Assembly: GCA_037133055.1 (NCBI GenBank)
Contig: JBAXOY010000063.1
Span: 1-17,796 of the forward strand
Length of the DNA: 17,796 nt
Origin: Chlamydiota bacterium
Lineage (GTDB): Bacteria; Auribacterota; Tritonobacteria; UBA1439
Direction: 5' to 3'
Of this stretch, positions 1-6,596 are shown piece after piece. The notes beneath the pieces were generated by a model, which did no database searches, was not told the origin of the DNA, and saw only the letters and a list, made by a program, of their open reading frames with translations. The position numbers and the translations under genes are program-made. The number at the start of each line of letters is the position of its first letter. The stretch's first letter is position 1.

Positions 1-36
1 CCGTGTCCTCCGTGATCCTCTGTGCCCTCCGTGGTG
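1..36. repeat. Degenerate 9-10 bp tandem repeat (CYGTGNCCT-like), possibly cut by the window edge
   Basis: CCGTGTCCT / CCGTGATCCT / CTGTGCCCT / CCGTGGTG at 1-9, 10-19, 20-28, 29-36. Confidence 0.75.
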
Positions 37-79
37 AAACGGTAAATTGATCCCATCCCGTTTCCATCCCGGTTTCCTT

Positions 80-108
80 TTGCATTTGGCGCACTCCTGT
101 GCTACCAT
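80..108 (+). promoter_or_regulatory. Sigma70-type promoter of the por operon
   Basis: TTGCAT (80-85), 17-bp spacer, TACCAT (103-108) preceded by extended -10 TG at 100-101. Confidence 0.7.
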
Positions 109-119
109 TTTTTGAAATA

Positions 120-686
120 ATGAACACGATGACCGAGATCAGGTGGCACGGGCGCGGGGGGCAGGGCGTGAAGACCGCCTGCGAGTTCGTTGCCGTCGTC
201 GCCATCCACAGCGGAAAGTACAGCCAGGGGTTCCCCGAGTACGGCCCCGAGCGCTCCGGCGCTCCGATGAAGGGGTTCACGCGCATAAGCGCGGAGAAGA
301 TCCGCGAGCACTGCTCCATCTACCACCCCGGCGTCGTCCTCGTGCTCGACGAGAGCCTGGTGGGCCCCGAGGACGTCTGCGAAGGGCTCGCCGAGGGCGG
401 GTCGGTGATCATCAACACCAAGAAGGACGCGGCCTCGTTCGCCGGGCTGTGCCGGGGCGCGGTCTGGACGCTCGACGCCACCACGATCGCGATCGAGGAG
501 ATAGGGCGGCCCATCCCGAACATGCCGATGGTCGGGGCGCTCCTCAAGGTGACCGGGATCCTCGATCTCCAGGAGCTTCTGGACGCCGTCGCGAGCGAGT
601 TCTCGCGGAAATTCGACCAGAAGACGATCGACGGGAACCTGAGGGCGATACGGCGGGCCTATGCCGAGGTGAAGCGCGATGGCTGA
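120..686 (+). CDS. porC: Pyruvate/2-oxoacid:ferredoxin oxidoreductase gamma subunit
   Basis: EIRWHGRGGQG, FPEYGPERSGAP and GRPIPN motifs. Start is ATG 120 or ATG 129; the GTG at 99 lies inside the predicted promoter. Confidence 0.95.
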   Translation: MNTMTEIRWHGRGGQGVKTACEFVAVVAIHSGKYSQGFPEYGPERSGAPMKGFTRISAEKIREHCSIYHPGVVLVLDESLVGPEDVCEGLAEGGSVIINTKKDAASFAGLCRGAVWTLDATTIAIEEIGRPIPNMPMVGALLKVTGILDLQELLDAVASEFSRKFDQKTIDGNLRAIRRAYAEVKRDG

Positions 687-1014
687 CGAGAAGGGATACC
701 GGGATATCCCCCTGGGCGGCCTCATTCTGGAGGCGGGGAACGCGGTCGGGTACAAGACCGGGGGGTGGAGGACGTACCGTCCCCAGGTCGACAAGGGTAC
801 GTGCACCGACTGTCTTCAGTGCTGGCTCCTCTGCCCCGACTCATGCATCGACGTTGAGGACGGAAGGATGACCGGGTATGACTACGATCACTGCAAGGGG
901 TGCGGCATCTGCGCCCATATCTGCCCGGCGAAGGCGATCTCCATGGTGCTCGAGACCGACGCCCCCGGGGCGGCGGACGCGCGCGGGTGTTTCGGCTCGA
1001 AGAAGAAGGCGTAA
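679..1014 (+). CDS. porD: Pyruvate/2-oxoacid:ferredoxin oxidoreductase delta subunit (2x[4Fe-4S])
   Basis: KTGGWRTYRP, CTDCLQCWLLCP and CKGCGICAHICP; overlaps the gamma gene by 8 bp. Confidence 0.95.
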   Translation: MADEKGYRDIPLGGLILEAGNAVGYKTGGWRTYRPQVDKGTCTDCLQCWLLCPDSCIDVEDGRMTGYDYDHCKGCGICAHICPAKAISMVLETDAPGAADARGCFGSKKKA

Positions 1015-1031
1015 GGAGCGGCGGGACGCGC

Positions 1032-2183
1032 ATGAACAGGATCGTTGCACTGACTGGGAACGAGGCGGCCGCGGAGGCGATGCGCCAGATCGATCCCGAC
1101 GTGGTCCCCGCCTACCCGATCACGCCGCAGACCGAGCTGATGCACAAGTTCGCCGAGTTCGTGGCCGACGGGCTCGTGAAGACGGAGATGATCCTCGTCG
1201 AGTCCGAGCACAGCGCGATGAGCGCCGCCGTCGGCGCGTGCGCGGCGGGGGCGCGGGTGATGACGGCCACGAGCGCGAACGGCCTCGCCCTCATGTGGGA
1301 GATCGTCTATATCGCCGCCTCCCTCCGCCTGCCCGTCGTCATGACCGTGGTGAACCGCGCCCTGAGCGGGCCGATCAACATCCACTGCGACCACAGCGAC
1401 ACCATGGGCTGCCGTGACAGCGGATGGATCCAGCTCTACGGCGAGAACCCGCAGGAGGCGTACGACAATATCCTCCAGGCGGTGCGCATCGCGGAGCACC
1501 CGGATGTCCTGCTCCCCGTGATGCCGACCTTCGACGGATTCATCATCAGCCACACCATCGAGCGCCTCGAGGTCCTCGAAGACGGCGAGGTGAAGCACTA
1601 CGTCGGCGAGCGGAAGCCGCTCCACCCGCTCCTCGATGTCGCCCACCCCGTCACCTACGGGCCCCTGGACCTCCAGGACTACTACTTCGAGCACAAGAAG
1701 CAGCAGGCCGAGGCGATGGTGCGGGCGAGGGAGGTCGTGCGGGCGGTCGGCAGGGAGTACGGCGCCCTCACGGGGCGGGAGTACGGGTTCTTCGACGCCT
1801 ACCGGACCGGGGACGCGGAGGAGATCGTCGTCTGCCTCGGCTCCGCCGCGGGAACCATGAAGGCGGTCGCCGACGCGCTCAGGGGCGAGGGCAGGAAGGT
1901 CGGCGTCCTGAAACTCCGGATGTTCCGGCCGTTCCCCGCCGACGAGATCGCCGAGGCGATCGGGCGGGCGAAGAGGATCGTGGTGCTCGACCGCGCGGAG
2001 GGATTCAACGCCGTGGGCGGGCCGCTCGGCGCGGAGGTGAAAGCGGCGCTCTACGGCAGGAGCAGCGCGGAGGTCGTGAACTGCATCTACGGGCTCGGCG
2101 GAAGGGACTTGAGCCCTGAGCTCGCGCGCGCGGCGTTCGATCTTTCCGGGCCCCGGACGGTCCATCTCGGCGTGAGAGAATAA
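1032..2183 (+). CDS. porA: Pyruvate/2-oxoacid:ferredoxin oxidoreductase alpha subunit
   Basis: GNEAAA, AYPITPQT, VESEHSAMS, NRALSGPINIHCDHSD, FRPFP and YGLGGRD motifs; AAGGAG upstream of ATG 1032. Confidence 0.96.
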   Translation: MNRIVALTGNEAAAEAMRQIDPDVVPAYPITPQTELMHKFAEFVADGLVKTEMILVESEHSAMSAAVGACAAGARVMTATSANGLALMWEIVYIAASLRLPVVMTVVNRALSGPINIHCDHSDTMGCRDSGWIQLYGENPQEAYDNILQAVRIAEHPDVLLPVMPTFDGFIISHTIERLEVLEDGEVKHYVGERKPLHPLLDVAHPVTYGPLDLQDYYFEHKKQQAEAMVRAREVVRAVGREYGALTGREYGFFDAYRTGDAEEIVVCLGSAAGTMKAVADALRGEGRKVGVLKLRMFRPFPADEIAEAIGRAKRIVVLDRAEGFNAVGGPLGAEVKAALYGRSSAEVVNCIYGLGGRDLSPELARAAFDLSGPRTVHLGVRE

Positions 2184-2186
2184 CAA

Positions 2187-2222
2187 GGTTCAAGCGGTTC
2201 AAACAGTTCAAACAGTTCAAAC
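2187..2222. repeat. 4 x 9-bp tandem repeat (RGTTCAARC) between porA and porB
   Basis: GGTTCAAGC GGTTCAAAC AGTTCAAAC AGTTCAAAC. Confidence 0.92.
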
Positions 2223-2244
2223 GGGGACAGGCGGTCCGAAGAAC

Positions 2245-3177
2245 ATGGCGATCAATCTTAAGGAGCTCTCGAAGAAGACGATCCCCTTAAGCCCCGGTCA
2301 CCGGGCGTGCGCGGGGTGCGGCAGCATTATCACAATCAAGCTCGTGCTGATGGCCGCCGAGGACCCGATCGTCTGCGTTTCCGCCACGGGCTGCATGGAG
2401 GTGGTGACGAGCATCTACCCGTACACGGCGTGGCGTGTCCCGTTCATGCACAATGCATTTGAGAACGCGGCGGCCACCCTGAGCGGGATCGAGACGGCCT
2501 ACCGCGCCCTCTCGAAGCAGGGGAAGATCACGGGGAAGATCAAGTTCATCGCATTCGGCGGAGACGGCGGGACCTACGATATCGGACTCCAGTCGCTCTC
2601 GGGGGCGATGGAGCGCGGGCACGACATGCTGTATGTCTGCTACGACAACGAGGCGTACATGAACACCGGGATACAGCGCTCCGGATCGACCCCGTTCTGC
2701 GCGGCGACCTCGACCTCTCCCGTGGGGAAGGCGTCGCTCGGCAAGAAGCAGTATCCGAAAGACCTCACGAAGATCATGGTCGCCCACCGGATCCCCTACG
2801 TCGCCCAGGCCTCCCCGCACCGCTGGATGGACCTGATGACAAAGGTGCGGAAGGCGCTGGCCATCGAAGGGCCCAAGTTCATGAACATCATCTCCTCCTG
2901 CCACCGCGGGTGGCGGGTGCCGATGGAGACCTCGCTCGACGTCTGCAGGATGGCGGTGGAGACCTGCTACTGGCCGCTCTTCGAGGTCGAGAACGGTGTC
3001 TGGAAGCTGAGCTACCGGCCGAAGCAGAAGCTCCCGATCACCGAGTGGATCAAAAACCAGAAGCGCTTCCAGCACCTCATGAAGCCGGGGCATGAGCCCC
3101 TCGTCGCCGAGATGCAAACGGAAGTCGACCGCCGCTGGAACGAGCTGCTGCAGCTCTGCGGCGAGAAGGCCGGGTGA
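2245..3177 (+). CDS. porB: Pyruvate/2-oxoacid:ferredoxin oxidoreductase beta subunit (TPP-binding)
   Basis: GHRACAGC, ATGCMEV, TPP motif GGDGGTYDIG...YDNEAYMNTGIQRS, and a distal Cys in SSCHRGW. Confidence 0.96.
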   Translation: MAINLKELSKKTIPLSPGHRACAGCGSIITIKLVLMAAEDPIVCVSATGCMEVVTSIYPYTAWRVPFMHNAFENAAATLSGIETAYRALSKQGKITGKIKFIAFGGDGGTYDIGLQSLSGAMERGHDMLYVCYDNEAYMNTGIQRSGSTPFCAATSTSPVGKASLGKKQYPKDLTKIMVAHRIPYVAQASPHRWMDLMTKVRKALAIEGPKFMNIISSCHRGWRVPMETSLDVCRMAVETCYWPLFEVENGVWKLSYRPKQKLPITEWIKNQKRFQHLMKPGHEPLVAEMQTEVDRRWNELLQLCGEKAG

Positions 3178-3193
3178 GGGGAGGGAGTCCACA

Positions 3194-3460
3194 ATGGTCC
3201 AGCGCCTGCATCTCACGATGGAGATTGCCGAGCAGCCCGACGGCAGCTTCGAGGCCCATTGCCCGGAGCTCTCCCTGTCGGCCTGCGGCAGGTTTTCCGA
3301 GGAGGCGATCGACAGGCTCAAGGAGATGGTCTTCTCCTCGATGGCGGGCGGCTTCGACAGCAGCTTCACGGAGACCCGGCCCTTCGACCTCGTCCACACC
3401 ATCCTTTCGCACAACCGCACCTGTTTTCTTTTCCTTCCACCGGAACGGCAGATACACTGA
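3194..3460 (+). CDS. Small HicB-like (partial RNase H fold) protein, 88 aa, with no adjacent HicA
   Basis: DGSFEAHCPELSLSACGRFSEEAIDRLKE fits the HicB N-terminal pattern (DGx-F/Y-xAxCPEL...G.T.EEA...L.E); GGGAGGGAG RBS before ATG 3194. Confidence 0.65.
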   Translation: MVQRLHLTMEIAEQPDGSFEAHCPELSLSACGRFSEEAIDRLKEMVFSSMAGGFDSSFTETRPFDLVHTILSHNRTCFLFLPPERQIH

Positions 3461-3529
3461 GCCCGACACAACCGGCGGGGCTCCCCCCGTCTCCCGCCCG
3501 CCAAAATAATGCATCCCCGCGGCCCTTTG

Positions 3530-3538
3530 TGCTAGAAT
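3530..3538 (+). promoter_or_regulatory. Extended -10 element upstream of the PEGA lipoprotein gene
   Basis: TGCTAGAAT; a second -10-like TATAGT lies at 3597-3602. Confidence 0.45.
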
Positions 3539-3629
3539 TGGCTCATCGAGGAAGAAATTCCCGGGTGCGGCGAACATGACTCTCCCCCGGGGCGTATATA
3601 GTGGTGGGTATATCGAAAGGAGATCTCCG

Positions 3630-4418
3630 ATGAAGCGGGCATTCATGATCGGCCTGGTGCTTCTGGCTTCCCTCGCGGCGGGCTGCACCTCGAAGTACCT
3701 GAAGGGGGTCAGCAAGACCACGTGCACGGTATGGGTACACTCGATGCCGGAGGGGGCGCTCCTCTATCTCAACGGGAACTACGTCGGCCGCACGCCGTAC
3801 AAGTACACCGCGTTCAACGAGAGCGATTCCTCGGCCCATTTCATCGCCCCCGACCTCTCGGAGATCATGGTCCGGAAGCGCGGCTACGACGACGAGGTCG
3901 AGGCGATCACCGTCGCAAACTGTTACAGGATGCTCAACATCGAAAACGCGGGGGTGAACGAACAGATCAAGGCGTACAAGGGGAACATCACCCTCTACAT
4001 GGACGAGCGGGAGAATCTCGCGGACAAGGAATACGGCAACGTCGTGATTGCGGCGGTCCCCGAGGAGCGCGACGCGGAGATCTATCTCAACGACAACCTG
4101 ATCGGGAACGGTAAGACGTCCCTCCTCAAGCTCCCCGCGGGGAGCTACGTGCTGAAGGTCAGGAAGCCCGGCTACAAGACCTACGCGCGGGTGATCAGCG
4201 TGCTCGCGGACAACGACCTCACCATCATCGCGGGCCTCGAGAAGGTGTCGGGCGCGGGGACCGAGCTCTCCTCGGCGATGCAGGCCGAGAAGGTCCAGCT
4301 CAGCCGCCCCGGCGCGGAGGCGGAGCTCGAGGAAGACTCCGTGCCCGGAACCATCGGCGGCAAGGGCGATGACGCGGACGAGGCACCGGTCCCCGGGGCG
4401 GATGAGGGGAAACCGTAA
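3630..4418 (+). CDS. PEGA-domain lipoprotein (two PEGA-like repeats, acidic low-complexity tail)
   Basis: AAAGGAG RBS before ATG 3630; signal MKRAFMIGLVLLASLAAG-C; SMPEGALLYLNGNYVGRTP and AEIYLNDNLIG...LPAGSYVLKVRKPGY. Confidence 0.85.
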   Translation: MKRAFMIGLVLLASLAAGCTSKYLKGVSKTTCTVWVHSMPEGALLYLNGNYVGRTPYKYTAFNESDSSAHFIAPDLSEIMVRKRGYDDEVEAITVANCYRMLNIENAGVNEQIKAYKGNITLYMDERENLADKEYGNVVIAAVPEERDAEIYLNDNLIGNGKTSLLKLPAGSYVLKVRKPGYKTYARVISVLADNDLTIIAGLEKVSGAGTELSSAMQAEKVQLSRPGAEAELEEDSVPGTIGGKGDDADEAPVPGADEGKP

Positions 4419-4429
4419 ACCGGGAACGA

Positions 4430-4493
4430 AAATCCCAAACCCCGGCCCGCCATTAAGGCGGGCTGTCCCGCCGGATAGCGGGACAAATCCCAA
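4430..4493. repeat. Two adjacent palindromes flanked by 9-bp direct repeats
   Basis: AAATCCCAA at 4430-4438 and 4485-4493; GCCCGCC-attaa-GGCGGGC at 4445-4463; TGTCCCGC-cggata-GCGGGACA at 4464-4485. Confidence 0.8.
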
Positions 4494-4531
4494 TAGGGCC
4501 CGCGCGCATAGGATCTGCAGCCGTCCCACCC

Positions 4532-4990
4532 ATGACAGAGACCAAGCAGGTCGCGACGAACCGGAAGGCCCGCCACGACTACGAGGTCCTCGAAAAGATC
4601 GAGGCGGGCCTCGTCCTGAGGGGCACCGAGCTCAAGTCCCTCCGCCAGGGCAGGGCGAACCTCAACGAAAGCTTTGGCGTGATCGAGCGGGGGGAGGCGT
4701 TCCTCTGCAACGCCCACGTGAGCCCCTACGAGTTCGGCAACAGGGAGAACCCCGACCCGGTCAGGAAACGCAAACTCCTCCTCCACCGCCGGGAGATCGC
4801 CTACCTCGAGGGACAGGTCGCCAGGAAGGGGCTCACGATTATCCCCCTGCGCCTCTACTTCATCAACGGGCGCGCGAAGGTTGAACTCGCCCTCGCCCGC
4901 GGCAAGAAGGCCCCCGACAAGCGAGAAACCCTTAAGCGCCGCGTCGCCGAGAGAGAGATCCGCCGCGCCATCAAGGGCCGCATGGGCTGA
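4532..4990 (+). CDS. smpB: SsrA (tmRNA)-binding protein SmpB
   Basis: NRKARHDY, EAGLVLRGTELKSLR, RKRKLLLHRREI, GLTIIPLRLY and GKKAPDKRE motifs. Confidence 0.98.
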   Translation: MTETKQVATNRKARHDYEVLEKIEAGLVLRGTELKSLRQGRANLNESFGVIERGEAFLCNAHVSPYEFGNRENPDPVRKRKLLLHRREIAYLEGQVARKGLTIIPLRLYFINGRAKVELALARGKKAPDKRETLKRRVAEREIRRAIKGRMG

Positions 4991-4991
4991 A

Positions 4992-6509
4992 CTAGAGCCA
5001 GCCGTAAGCACCCCATGTGCCGAAAAGAGAGCCGTCGTCCGGCCAGTACCAGGGGAGGGGTGTTACCGATGGAGGCTGGAAGTTGACAATTCCCCATGGG
5101 GGTGTCGGGGTCGGGCTGGGGGTCGGCGTGGGGGTGGGGGTTTCGGAAACGAGGCCCCCGAGCTGCGCGAGCGTACCCACGGCGGCCCTGGTGAACTCGG
5201 CCGCGTAGGGAAGGACGCAGTGCGCCCGGGTGTCGTTCACGGTGTGGTAGTACGGGTTGAAATCGTTCGGGGATCCGCTGTAGTCCTCGATCCCGAGGAT
5301 CGCCGGGTAGCCCGCGTTCCAGAATCTCGAGTGGTCGCTCGCGGTTGCGGCTCCCGTCGTGATCTTCTGGGGGACGAGGGAAAGGGAGTAGTCGCCGATC
5401 GTCGAGATGAACAGGTCGCCCATCGTTCCCGATGCGGCGATGGTCCCGCAGTGGAGATCGATCCGGTTGTCCGCATTCCCGTCGTAGGCGATCATGTCGA
5501 GGTTGACGGCGCCCAGGATCTCGTCTCCCGCCGCGACGCAGTCCTGCACGTAGTAGTAGCTGCCGATGAGCCCCTGCTCCTCCCCCGTGAACAGCACGTA
5601 GCGTATCGTGTTCTCGAACGCATAGCCGTTGAGGATCGAGGCGGCGAGCAGAACCGCCGCCGAGCCGCTCGCGTTGTCGTCCGCGCCGGGAGCGGTCGCC
5701 CCGGAGGGCATGTCGTCGAGGTGTGTGCAGACGAGGTAGATCCCGTCGGGAGAGACGGTTCCCGGCTGCTCCGCGACCACATTTCTCCACGCGTAGCTGC
5801 CCCACGTGTAGCCGTCGTAAGCGGCGGAGAGACCGAGGCCCTGGAAATACTCGTAGCAGTACTGCGTCGCGTTTCCGATCGGGGTCGTCTGGTACGAGTT
5901 TCGCGTCTCGATCGTGTAGGGGGCCCCGCCGATCGTGACGCTGTTCAGCCCGGTCAGGTTCCCGATGAAAATCTCCATCTCCTCGATCGTCACGGCATCG
6001 ACGATCTCCTGGATCCGGGAGTCCCAGGCGAGGAAGGAGTTTTTCGCAGCGCGCGCCGGCCCCTTCCGTGCGGAACCCCCCCGCAGGGGCGGGGGGAGAA
6101 CGGCCCGGAGCTCCAGGCCCCGTGCGGCAATCTCCTCCGCCTCTCCGGCTGTCGCGCGCACGAGGGCGGCGTGCGAGTCGCCGACCACGATTGTGCCGCG
6201 GATGCCGATCTCGAAAAGATCGGCGGGGCCGGGAGAGGTGACGATGTAGAGCATCTCCCCGGGTCCGCACGGCTCGATTGCGCCGCGCACGGCGTCGGCG
6301 GAGGGCGCAGCACCGGGGCACGAGGCGATGACGAGCTCGGTCCCCGCGACGGTGATCCGGTCCCAGATGGAGGACTCGGGCGGGAGCGGTGCGGCGGCAT
6401 CGAGGAGGAAGAGCATCTCGCCTTCACCGGCGTAGCCGGCCGGCGAGAGGATGGCGAGCAGAAGGGCCACGAAAAACGCGGTCCGGTTTGATGTCACGCT
6501 GGTGCGCAT
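4992..6509 (-). CDS. Secreted M28-family zinc metallopeptidase (aminopeptidase-like) with Pro/Thr linker and short C-terminal module
   Basis: Signal peptide; HLD, APGADDNASG, FTGEEQGLIGS, NLDMIAY, SDHSRF and YYHTVND motifs; GGAG RBS; TACACT at 6529-6534 (minus strand). Confidence 0.92.
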   Translation of the reverse strand: MRTSVTSNRTAFFVALLLAILSPAGYAGEGEMLFLLDAAAPLPPESSIWDRITVAGTELVIASCPGAAPSADAVRGAIEPCGPGEMLYIVTSPGPADLFEIGIRGTIVVGDSHAALVRATAGEAEEIAARGLELRAVLPPPLRGGSARKGPARAAKNSFLAWDSRIQEIVDAVTIEEMEIFIGNLTGLNSVTIGGAPYTIETRNSYQTTPIGNATQYCYEYFQGLGLSAAYDGYTWGSYAWRNVVAEQPGTVSPDGIYLVCTHLDDMPSGATAPGADDNASGSAAVLLAASILNGYAFENTIRYVLFTGEEQGLIGSYYYVQDCVAAGDEILGAVNLDMIAYDGNADNRIDLHCGTIAASGTMGDLFISTIGDYSLSLVPQKITTGAATASDHSRFWNAGYPAILGIEDYSGSPNDFNPYYHTVNDTRAHCVLPYAAEFTRAAVGTLAQLGGLVSETPTPTPTPSPTPTPPWGIVNFQPPSVTPLPWYWPDDGSLFGTWGAYGWL

Positions 6510-6596
6510 ATATTCTCCGGGGAGCGATAGTGTACCCTGTCTCAGCCCCGCGGGACAGTTCCACCTCGCAGATTCTACCTCGCAGGGAGGGGAAGG

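Noticed and set aside
2187..2222. CRISPR array
   Set aside because: The units are 9 bp with no spacers, and no cas genes are present.
3459..3502. Terminator after the HicB-like gene
   Set aside because: Only imperfect alternative GC pairings with large loops and no U-tract.
4445..4485. Rho-independent terminator after the PEGA gene
   Set aside because: The stems are strong but no U-tract follows on the plus strand; recorded as a repeat instead.
4419..5000. tmRNA (ssrA) next to smpB
   Set aside because: There is only 1 bp between smpB and the convergent peptidase and 113 bp upstream, with no tRNA-like ends.
5097..5141. G-rich repeat as a DNA element or G-quadruplex
   Set aside because: Fully explained by Pro/Thr linker codons of the peptidase on the minus strand.
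6563..6585. Direct repeat ACCTCGCAG x2 between the two secreted-enzyme genes as an operator
   Set aside because: A single 9-bp pair with no other copy noticed and no regulator nearby; cannot be told from chance.
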